Of a DNA stretch of 64,000 bases, positions 23,501 through 32,564 are shown piece by piece. The stretch spans positions 496,001 through 560,000 of the forward strand of contig JASVEC010000013.1 of NCBI GenBank assembly GCA_030770535.1, written 5' to 3'. A program made the translations under genes and the position numbers. Positions within the stretch are counted from its first letter, which is position 1; each line of letters opens with the position of its first letter. The notes beneath the pieces were generated by a model. That model was not told the DNA's origin. It was given only the letters and a program-made list of their open reading frames with translations, and did no database searches. Origin of the DNA: Batkoa obscura. Lineage: Eukaryota.

Positions 23501-24329
23501 CAATCCCGCCAATACTAACTCCAGAAACTATTGATCTTTTGTGACCATCTTTACGTGCTTGAAAAAGCTCTTTTTCATACCTTGCAGTTTCTCTTGTTTG
23601 AGACCCAAAGGAATAAATGGTTCGAATGGATGATAATACTTCTTCAGCCACCGAACTAGCTTTACCATAGGCGTTTTGACCCCCAGTAGATAATAAAGCA
23701 ACTACTTTGGTAAAAAGAACAGCAACTAAAGTAACTAAAGGCATTACACTCATTAAAACCAAGCTAAGTTTCCAACCTTGAGTAAAAGCTACAATATAAC
23801 CTGAAAGAAAAGTGGAAAAATTTTGAATCATGAACCCTAACTTTTCAGATATACCATCTTGTACTAAATGAATATCTCCAGATATACGAGAAGCTATATC
23901 CCCCGAAGAAACAGTATCAAACCAACCAATTTCTTGAGACAAAATTGCTTTATAGTAATTCCGCCTTATACGTAATGCTTGATTTTCACCTACTACCATC
24001 CATAAACTCATTTGCCCATAAGCAGCAACTAAAGTTGCAATACCAACTCCTAAAAATTGAAGGCATAATATTGTAACCGTGGATTTAAGAGTTTCAGTAG
24101 CCAATATTGGATCGTTCGAAGAATTGATAGCATAATTTGCAAAAGCACCTACAATTCCAGAAAATAATAAAGCAATTAAAGGTTGAGAAACGCCATTTAT
24201 GATTGAGAATATAAAAGCAAACGCCAAAATAATCCAATCTTTAAATGTGGCAAACTTCCACAATTTTAAAATTGGAACTGGAGGAAGTGATTCTTCTTCA
24301 TCTTTTTTAATTTTCTTTTTGAAAAACAT
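20514..24329 (-). CDS. Full-length ABCB (MDR-like) transporter, paralog of 124..4017
   Basis: Same domain layout and motifs; start placed at MFFKKK (24329) by analogy with the paralog's MFKKK, though the ORF extends to 24395. Confidence 0.95.
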   Translation of the reverse strand: MFFKKKIKKDEEESLPPVPILKLWKFATFKDWIILAFAFIFSIINGVSQPLIALLFSGIVGAFANYAINSSNDPILATETLKSTVTILCLQFLGVGIATLVAAYGQMSLWMVVGENQALRIRRNYYKAILSQEIGWFDTVSSGDIASRISGDIHLVQDGISEKLGFMIQNFSTFLSGYIVAFTQGWKLSLVLMSVMPLVTLVAVLFTKVVALLSTGGQNAYGKASSVAEEVLSSIRTIYSFGSQTRETARYEKELFQARKDGHKRSIVSGVSIGGIEFIVLLTYSLGMWYGSKLITEEGYKPENVISVFFSVILGALSIGHSSPFLAALATAQGAAAKLFQVIERESKINPFICTELIKQRERKIENFEGEIQFNNVIFSYPTRSDIITLNNLNLKVNVGTTVALVGPSGSGKSTTVGLIERFYDINSGSITIDGIDIRDVSVEFLRNHIGIVGQEPILFSTSIKQNILFGLSNDEYNEKQKDDEIIQKRIEEVCRLANIHDFIMTLPEGYETQVGEKGSLLSGGQKQRIAIARALIKNPKILLLDEATSALDSESEKIVQIALNNAAKNRTTIVIAHRLSTIRDVDKILVFNNGKIEEEGSHEELLEEGGIYAGLVESQKIRTDDDQNEDQSYLINKELSKNKPKNKIIMKEATILTFDEKENEVTKIKLNKSISEGIKTRKQFSSLIRVLMMTTSWKMITFLGMIGSLCIGAIAPIYSLILGQISVSFIEIATVEFHRKGIEDAKFYCLMFVALGAFTFITVSLKVGALEYVGESITYEIRLKAFKNLLSQEIAFYDNPNHGVGVLCAKLSVEAQNVQQLVSKVSGPILMAISSFSVGLGIAFYHGWKLTLVVLVCIPLAALVVFYEIKVLEDLNSNAKQSYEQVSQIATESIKNIRTVTGLSKEKAFLEDYEKLVTKAHRSTLISIYKASLGYSFAMGAPFIIYSLAFWYGSTLVINKEYDFAQMFQVVISVVFTGAALGNSSSQITTYVKAKIAAQDIFKLLDRKSNINCGEDYGARPAKLTGNVKLSNARFSYPTRSDIPILQGLNVSVLAGKRVALVGSSGSGKSTVISLIQRFYDLNSGSLHIEGTNIKEWNLPYLRSGMAIVGQEPVLFDLTIRENIAYGRPDASEEEIINAAKMANAHNFILEQPEGYDTRVGERGGKLSGGQKQRIAIARAVLLNPKLLLLDEATSALDSDSEKVVQVALDKAAEGRTTITIAHRLSTVQDCDCIIVMKLGKIVEMGTHEELLNIRGFYCSLVHQQHLDKS

Positions 24330-24865
24330 ATTTTTATAGTTTATATTTTTAAAAGAAAAATTGTTTTCTTTTATATTAGTTTTTATATTCATCATTATCT
24401 GATTCTTCTATTTTATTTCCGGATTTCCTTATTTGGTAATTTTAGTTTTTAGTTTTATTCTCTCAAATTCATTTCACTTCGGCTAAATTCATTAACAATT
24501 TTCTATATATAGAGGCTTCAATCACTAACTTTAATAAAAAAAATTTCCAAACTTTGACTTCATTTCAATAAAAACATAGCTAAATTTAACCTTACTCACA
24601 GTATAACCCTACCATCTAATTATAAAAAAAGTGACAATAATAGACTACTTAATATCTTTAGTAAAATTAAAAGTAACACCAGTATTCTGAGACTCATTAT
24701 TCAGCGCCAAAAATGTTATACTCTACTTAACTTCCCATTGCATTAATCCAGGGATGTATTTTGAAGTCATCTGGTAACTGTGAACAATCTTAGATTATTT
24801 TAGATTGAGATCAACTTTATTCTAATTAAAATTTTTTGCTGTTATTTTAAAATAGAAATGGACAT

Positions 24866-24962
24866 GAAGATGTTTTTTTTGGTTTCATCACTTTTTCCAT
24901 TTTTAAGAACTATTTGAGCAGAAAGATTGTTAGTAAAATTCTTAAACAAAAAAATACATCCC
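24866..24962 (-). mobile_element. MITE copy 4 (degenerate ends)
   Basis: gaagatgttttttttggtttcatcac...ttgttagtaaaattcttaaac...tacatccc. Confidence 0.8.
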
Positions 24963-25805
24963 AGTATTTTTTAATAAAGGATAAGGTTATCTTAGTTATT
25001 TGAATATTAATAAGAGATATTATAATTAAGCAAAACGATGTATACGTTTTTATAAAAATAATTAGATAAAAAGTTTGTTTGATTTAAGAAAATGATTATT
25101 TCCATCAAATAATAAGTCATGGTAATGAAGAAACCAAGAGAACAAAAAAGAACTATTTTTAAAAATATACTTTTTTAATAAAACTATGTCAAAGAATAAT
25201 AATTTTTACTTATTTCTATTGTATATCTATTAGTTTAGCTACTACTGTTTTATAAAATTCTATTCAGTTGTTGGACTCACTATTTTTATGAGAGATAAAA
25301 ATTTGGACTTAAACAATAGACTAAAAATAAGTATATGATAAAATAAACATATTACTAAAAAAAATAAGGTTTTCTGTTCTTTAATAGCTTCTTCTGGGAT
25401 AAGATGAGTTTGGGATCTCTTACGCCATTAAGGGGCATTTTTAGCCCCTTGGGTTTACATCTATGACAACTACAAGATATTACTAATGATTTTTTCAAAA
25501 TAACCAAATTCTCGTCCTGTAATTTCTTTTTGTTTTATACAATAAACGTATTGCTAAAGTTAGTTTTAAAAAGCAAACTATTAGAAGCTAGATAAATATA
25601 TTGCTAAAGAGATAAACCTCTTTACAAACTGTTTTGAATACTCCGTTCTTTTTATCATTTATACTAATTTTACTAGGTTATTAATATATAACGTTGCTTT
25701 TTTCATAACTATAAATGTTTACATTTGTAATAATATAATGCGCTATAATAAAAATATTTTCACTTTACACTTAAAAAATAAATACTTTTAAAAATATAAT
25801 TTTAT

Positions 25806-27236
25806 TTATATCAGAAGCTTATCAAGGAATGCTAAAACTTTACCTTTAGCCTCAGTGACCTCTTTAGTATCTGTAGGGTTAAATGAAGATAAATCGGCAC
25901 AATGAGATGCACCTTTAATTACAAGTGAAGGCATAGAGCTTTTAGTTGACTTTGTTATAGAAAGAGGCATCCAAGGATCAAGATCCCCATTTACAAACAA
26001 AACGTTATCAACTTTAATGTTCTTCCCTTGGTATTTACGATTAGTTTCATCAATTTTTGGTCTTTTTGGACCATTGGGACCAAATATAAACTCGCATGAA
26101 AGATTTCTAAAGTATGGCACGGTTAAAAGTTGAGAACGAGCTGAATCAAAACCTTCATGAGGGGCCACTTGCCAGTACCCGAATTCAGTACAAGATTGGT
26201 ATAACCACTGGCGATAAGCTTCAGTTGGTGATGGTTTATTGGTATTTTTATAATAAGAGTAATCAACAAAATCTTCGCACTGGTAAATGCTCAAACGGCT
26301 CTTGAAATCTCTGGCAAAATCATCGAGCTTTTCTGTACTAGTACCATTTAATTTAAGAGTCTTACAGTACTCTCCAACATTTCCTGGTCGATTATTATTA
26401 TTGTATTGTACAGTACCTGATACATAAATTAGAGCTAAACCAAAAGCGTCATCAGCAACATTACCACAAGAAAATTTATCTTTTAATGCCTTTTTCTCTT
26501 GAATAGATCCTTTGAGTAACACTTTGTTAATAGCTTTGAAATTTTCAACATAATAATTGGCGCATTGTTTGCCCCCATTCTCTGCTAAAGACCTTTGGAC
26601 TTGTTGATCATATTCAAAAAAATCCTCTTTAGCTTCGACTGGTGCAGAGGATGCAATGGCACCATGGAATACTTCAGGGTGCTTTAAGCGAGTCCATGCT
26701 GCAAGGTTTCCGGGATAACTTCCTCCTGTAAGGATCCATTTAGTCTTTTCAGTTTGGTAAGATGGTGTTTTTGATTGGGGAAGCTTAATATTTTTAGCAA
26801 AATATGCTAAATCATCAATAGCCAACTCCGAAGTTAAATATTTTAAGCTACCAAGGGTCAAATCTGGTTTGGGGTAGGAAACACCATAAAACCGATGTTC
26901 TAAGCCATAAACCACACCATTGTATTTTTCAGCAGCTTTGGCTATAAGAGAGTATTGTGTCCATCCGCCATTTAATTCTCCTTCACCGCCTATGAAAAGA
27001 AAAGCAGGTCCACCAGGTTTATAAAATTGATCATTTACAAAGTATCTTTGTTTCCAATACACTTTACTTTCTTTGCCTCCGTCATGGGTTAATGTCTGGT
27101 TAAACCATTGCTCAACTGCAGCATTAGACGCTCTGGAGTTAAACTGATCTAATATACTGTCATCAACCCTTAAGGTGGTTAATTTCGGAACTGCCACAAC
27201 ACAAGCAGCTAAAAGTAAACTCAAGTAAAGCTTCAT
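25806..27236 (-). CDS. Secreted serine peptidase family S28 (paralog of 5392..6825)
   Basis: Signal peptide MKLYLSLLLAACVVA at 27236; GGSYPG, NGDLDPW and SHCADL catalytic motifs. Confidence 0.93.
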   Translation of the reverse strand: MKLYLSLLLAACVVAVPKLTTLRVDDSILDQFNSRASNAAVEQWFNQTLTHDGGKESKVYWKQRYFVNDQFYKPGGPAFLFIGGEGELNGGWTQYSLIAKAAEKYNGVVYGLEHRFYGVSYPKPDLTLGSLKYLTSELAIDDLAYFAKNIKLPQSKTPSYQTEKTKWILTGGSYPGNLAAWTRLKHPEVFHGAIASSAPVEAKEDFFEYDQQVQRSLAENGGKQCANYYVENFKAINKVLLKGSIQEKKALKDKFSCGNVADDAFGLALIYVSGTVQYNNNNRPGNVGEYCKTLKLNGTSTEKLDDFARDFKSRLSIYQCEDFVDYSYYKNTNKPSPTEAYRQWLYQSCTEFGYWQVAPHEGFDSARSQLLTVPYFRNLSCEFIFGPNGPKRPKIDETNRKYQGKNIKVDNVLFVNGDLDPWMPLSITKSTKSSMPSLVIKGASHCADLSSFNPTDTKEVTEAKGKVLAFLDKLLI

Positions 27237-28054
27237 AATAATTGAGTATTTTTTCGATGTTATAAATTTGAGGGTTAACATTCCTTATTTATAGCCATTG
27301 TTTGTTTAATTAATGGTAAAGTCACTATTTTAAATTTTGGTCATTTAGTGAATTTGGATTCTCAATGTGACTCTTTTAAATGTTATTAGCATGATCATTT
27401 GAAGATTTTATTTTCATTTTGCTTCTCTTTTTTATGAAATTTTGATGCTATTTGGGCGGATTTTAATTTATGAAGTTTAAAAAAATCCAATGATTTTTCT
27501 TATAACGCGTTTAATATATCAATTATAATATATTGTTGTATAAAATAAATTTTTATTGTTTAATCTTAAATTAGTCCAAAGTTATGCTCCTTTTTTTACA
27601 CATTTAGGCATCAATTACTAATTTAGTTTTAGTTTTATTTATAGTCGAATTTCTAATGTTATAAACTATGAAGCATTAGTAAAATACAGTATAGCCTGAC
27701 CTCAAAAACTATTTTAATAAAGGTAGAATGACCAATTGGCTAGAATATCTGACCATTTTGTATTTTTTAGGTACTATCATATTAATTCTTTAATTTTTTT
27801 AATCTAATATATTAATTAACTTTGTATAAAATAATATGATGTTAGCTTGATAATATTAATATGTTTTAAAATAGTTAAAATAATAACACACACTTTAAAA
27901 TATTATAACAAAGGCAATGGTACTTATAACAAAAACTTTAATATCTTTTTTACCCAATAAAGTTTATAAAGGATTATATTAATATGCACTGTATTATTAA
28001 AAAGAACTATGCTTTAGTTGTTTTTATTTTGTTTTATTTTTTATTTTATAATAC

Positions 28055-28201
28055 GGGGATGTATTTTTATGTCTAAGAATTTTACTAACAATTTTTCCGC
28101 TCAATAGCGCTTAAAAAATGGAAAAAGTAATGAACCCAAAAAAAAACACCTCCAAATAGTGCTTAAAAAATGGAAAGTGATAAAATTAAAAAAACGTCCT
28201 T
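28055..28201 (+). mobile_element. MITE copy 5 followed by a tandem extra right half
   Basis: ggggatgta...aaaaaacacctcc, then caaatagtgcttaaaaaatggaaagtg...aaaacgtcctt. Confidence 0.8.
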
Positions 28202-28304
28202 ATGTTATTTAATATAAATAAATGATTTAATTTAAAATTAACTTTTTATATAATACAATTGTCCAATTAAGTAAAATAATTTGCAATTTATTAAAACAAA
28301 ATAT

Positions 28305-28399
28305 AGGGATGTCTTTTTTGGCTTCATCACTTTTTTCATTTTTCAAGCGCTATTTGAATGGAAAAATTGTTAGTAAAATTCTTGAACATAAACACATTT
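28305..28399 (-). mobile_element. MITE copy 6
   Basis: agggatgtcttttttggcttcatcac...gcgctatttg...ttgttagtaaaattctt. Confidence 0.8.
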
Positions 28400-28528
28400 T
28401 TTAAAATAATAAAATTTGGTAATATTAATTCTAATAAAATAAACAATAAGCCCAGAATTTTAATGGTTTATATAAATATTGTTAGCTAAGCAAGAAGAAA
28501 AGCAAAAACTGCTATTAAAAATTCAAAT

Positions 28529-28601
28529 GGTCCCGTGGCCCAATGGATAAGGCGTCTGTCTACGGAACAGAAGATTCCAGGTTCGATCCCTGGCGGGATC
28601 A
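28529..28601 (+). tRNA. tRNA-Arg(ACG)
   Basis: Cloverleaf: acceptor GGTCCCG/CGGGATC, anticodon arm TCTGT-CT ACG GA-ACAGA, T arm CCAGG-TTCGATC-CCTGG; T6 terminator follows. Confidence 0.97.
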
Positions 28602-29261
28602 TATTTTTTATTGAAAGTATTTTAATAATACTTTTTTATTACAACTAAGATAACTTTTAAATGGTATGTAGCATAACTTTTTGGAAAATAGTATGACTTA
28701 AATAAAACAATATATAAAATTAATTAATTTAAGCAATTTAAAAAACAAAGATAATTATAATAGTATTTTTTTATTTTTAGGCGTTTTTATTAAATAATCT
28801 GTATTTTTTATTTAAAAATTCAGGTTTTAACTATAAATTAATAAATATTATTTTTAGAAACTAAATAGTGATTAATTTAGCTTTAATTTTTTATAATATG
28901 TTTCTTAATATTTTCAATTATAAATATAAATTGATTTTTAATATATTTGCTATAATCATCTTTGCAATAATATTTTGTATATCATATTAATATAAAAATT
29001 CTTAGCTAGTTTATTTAAATCAGTTTTTAAGTTTAAATTAAACAATTAATTAATATTAAATTTATAATAATAATTTTATAAATAAAAGCATTTTTGAAAA
29101 TTTAAAATATTTTTTTATTTAAAAATTAATTTTAAGTTTTATTTTTTATATATTTGAAAAAAAATTATTAAAAATAAGAATGTTTTTTTTTATCATTTTT
29201 TAAATGCAATTTAAAAGGAAAAATTATTAAAGAGCTTTTTGGCTATACGCAGTAATAAAAC

Positions 29262-29412
29262 TATAAAAGTTGATACTTAATAGCTAGAATTAAAAGCAGT
29301 TTTTGCTTAACTAACTGGTTATAAGTTAAAAAATCTTAGTTTATATAACTAAAGTAGACTTAAATTAATAAAAATAATATATAATAAGCTATGGACTATA
29401 TAAAACAAATAG
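29262..29412 (-). mobile_element. AT-eroded partial copy of the adjacent LTR-like repeat
   Basis: Gap-free alignment to 29423..29573 with mostly G->A and C->T differences. Confidence 0.8.
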
Positions 29413-29422
29413 TATAAAAAGT

Positions 29423-30077
29423 TGTGAAAGTTGGTACTCAGTGGTTAGAGTTAAAAGCAGCTCTAGCTTAATTGACTGCCCGTAAGTCGAAAGATCTTAG
29501 TTTATGTAATTAAGATAGACTTAAATGAATGAGAGTAATACGTAATAAGTTACGAACTATGTAAAACAAATAGAATAGACAACACTACTGTAAAATCTAT
29601 GTAAGATGTTGTCAGAAAGACTTAGTGACTTTATTAATGATACGTTATCAGGGAATAATTCAATTAAAAAGCATCGAATTAGTATGTCGAAAAATAAATT
29701 CCTTTTATGCCCCAACTGGGTGGCTATATATAAGGAAGATGATAACAGCTGTTCCTTATTGTAGTTGCCAAGTATGGACACTAAAACGTGGACAATAAGT
29801 TCTTCGTGATTAGACGGTGGGAATTCTCACAGTAAATCTAAATAAGGAACTCTGGATTGATTGTACCATATGAACCACAATCAAATTGAATACAAGGCTA
29901 CAATTAGTTTTGTAAACAAGTTAGGTGATTACTACATGGCGATGTATTTTTTTGTTTAGGAATTTTACTAACAATTTTTCTGCTCAAATAGCGCTCAAAA
30001 AATGGAAAAAATAATGAAACCAAAAAAACATCCTCATATGATAATCAATTATAGAGCTGATGAAGCAATATTTCACA
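29423..30077 (-). mobile_element. Solo-LTR-like repeat copy A (~555 bp plus an inserted MITE)
   Basis: Termini TGTGAAA...TTTCACA; homologous in inverted orientation to 30474..31041; no TSD or PBS found. Confidence 0.7.
29938..30035 (+). mobile_element. MITE copy 7 (inside LTR-like copy A)
   Basis: acat|ggcgatgtattt...aaaacatcctc|atat. Confidence 0.85.
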
Positions 30078-30473
30078 ATTATAATTTTAAAAACTCATAT
30101 ATATAATTTTTTATTATTTGAGTTTTTTTATTATAAAAAAATTCTAAAATTAATTCTTTTTATCAACTAAAATTAACTAATTAATTAAATTATTTCCCAG
30201 ATAATGTATAAATTAGAATTATGTTCTAATTAGTTTTGTTAATTGTTATAATATTGCTATTATAATAAAATCTTAAAAAACTAATACATTATAAATACAA
30301 TTAAATTATAAAAAGTTATTAAATAGTTATATCTACTGATTTAACATTGATATTCTTTAATTAAAAGCTATAAGCTTTATTAATATATTTGATGTTTAAC
30401 AAGCTATGCTTAATAACTATTTATATAAAATAATTTTTATTTCATTTATAAAACTGTTTTAAGCTATATTAAC

Positions 30474-31041
30474 TGTGAAATATTGCTTTATCAGCTCTCG
30501 AATTGATTATAGCATAATCAATCATTTAAGTTGTTGTGTTCTCAAGTTCAAGGACAACCAAGCCAGAGTCCCTTATTTTGATTTGTTGCGAGGATTTCTA
30601 ACTTCATATTGCAAAGAATATTATCTTCTCGTTTTGATATTCATACTTGTTGGAATATAAAAGAGATCCTTCAACATACTAACTCGATGCTTTTTAATTG
30701 AATTATTCCCTGATATGGGGGTGTTTTTTTTGGCTTCATTATTTTTTCCATTTTTTAAGCGCTATTTGGATGGAAAGATTGTTAGTAAAATTCCTAAACA
30801 CAAAAATACATCCCCATATCGTACTTTTAATAAAGCCACTAAGTCTTTCTGACAACATCTTACATAGATTTTACAGTAGTATTGTCTATTCTATTTGTTT
30901 TACATAGTTCGTAACTTATTACGTATTATCCTTATTCATTTGAGTTTATCTTAGTTACATAAACTAAGATCTTTCGACTTACGGGCAGTCAATTAAGCTA
31001 GAGCTGCTTTTAACTCTAACCACTGAGTACCAACTTTCATA
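30474..31041 (+). mobile_element. Solo-LTR-like repeat copy B (inverted relative to A)
   Basis: TGTGAAA...TTTCATA termini, TATAAAAG near 30656 and AATAAA near 30829; 30830-31040 is the near-identical reverse complement of ~29424-29635. Confidence 0.7.
30717..30815 (-). mobile_element. MITE copy 8, TSD ATAT (inside LTR-like copy B)
   Basis: atat|gggggtgttt...aatacatcccc|atat; the homologous site in copy A is empty. Confidence 0.92.
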
Positions 31042-31726
31042 GTATTTATGTTTATTTTTAAATTAACTAATTAATAATTGCTAGCTTATTTAAATAAGTA
31101 TAATTATTATTATTTAAATTTATTATAAACACAAAAGTTCTTTTTTTTTAAATTGCTATATTTTAATTAAAAACATATTAAATAAAAACATATTAAACAA
31201 AATAATGCTATTTATATAAATTAGTTCAAATAAAAAAAGTTAAAATTAGTTTAAACTTTTAACAATTTTTAACAAGTTATAAACTTTTTTTAAATTTTTA
31301 GTTTAATTTTAAATTAAAGCTTAGTTTTATAAAAAGATATGATTTTTAATAAAAATTCAAAAATAAAAAGATAAATTAAAGCAACATTATACAAAAAACA
31401 AACTATATAAACAAGTATTAAAAAATTTACTATACGAACTTATTTATTTCAAACCTTTAATTTTTTACTATTTTTTCACATTGAGCTGAATTTTTGTCAA
31501 AAATTAAATTTTAAGCTTTAGCTTAAAATCAAACTTTGATAGCTGGTGGAAATCCTTTGATCTTATTGGTTGAATCAAAGTCGAACTTTAGAAGCAACTC
31601 GTTTTTGGAGTTTATAATTTCTGCTACTCCTTTTTAGACCAAACAACTGATTAGTAAATCTAATGAATTATATACATGTTGCCTTTAGTTAAACAAGCGA
31701 GAAGTAAAAATTACTAAAGCCCAAAT

Positions 31727-31799
31727 GGTCCCGTGGCCCAATGGATAAGGCGTCTGTCTACGGAACAGAAGATTCCAGGTTCGATCCCTGGCGGGATCA
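31727..31799 (+). tRNA. tRNA-Arg(ACG), identical to 28529..28601
   Basis: Identical 73-nt cloverleaf and the same caaat 5' flank. Confidence 0.97.
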
Positions 31800-32082
31800 A
31801 ATATTTTGATTTAGAAAATCTATTTTTCTGATTTTTTATAGCGTTTTTCATTTTTATAGATTGCTTAGATTTTATTACACAAAAATGCAAGTCAGTTTTA
31901 CCTATTAACATAATAAGCTAATTGCTAGTAAAAGTTCAAATATACAAGGAATTGGACAATAATTTGTATCTTCAAACTTGTTTAAAAGCTTGAATTTGGA
32001 TATATATTTTAATAAATTTCAATACTACAATACAAAAATCTTCATCACAAAAACTTATATGTTCTATATTAAAAATAACAAA

Positions 32083-32154
32083 CTTCCTCACGGGGAATCG
32101 AACCCCGGCCGTTCCGGTGAAAGCGGAAAATCCTAACCACTGGACCATGAAGAA
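32083..32154 (-). tRNA. tRNA-Glu(TTC)
   Basis: Reverse complement: TTCTTCA TG GTCCAGTGGTTAGGATT TTCCG CT TTC AC CGGAA CGGC CGGGG TTCGATT CCCCG TGAGGAA G. Confidence 0.95.
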
Positions 32155-32564
32155 TTAATTGTTTAACTATATTTTAGTATAAGAATTAATTTATAAATTG
32201 TATTATTTCTTAAAATAAGCTATTAGAATTGAAATATTATTTGATTTGACTATTGTATAAAATTTAAAATACATTTTCTAATAATAATCCAACTGATTTT
32301 TTATTCGTTTTAATATTAATAATCCTATTGAGCTACTATAAACAATAGCCCTTTTAAATTTCTTTCAGCTGTTAGAACTCAATTTTAAAAGGAACAAAAA
32401 TAGTTAATAATTTACAAAACTACTTAATTAAAAATAAATACATATATATTCTTTATTTCAATCTCATTAAAGCTCTACGATTTTAATTTTTTCCTCACCA
32501 TAAATAGTCAAGAAACTTAATGTAAAACCACTCCTACACAACCTCACCATTGTTTCTTCCAACT

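Noticed and set aside
25430..25450. Hairpin aaggggc-attttta-gcccctt as a terminator or Helitron end
   Set aside because: Isolated 7-bp stem with no CTRR end or partner terminus; bacterial-type terminators are not relevant here
31714..31911. 65-aa minus-strand ORF
   Set aside because: Overlaps the antisense of tRNA-Arg (PPGIEPG is a typical tRNA shadow translation)
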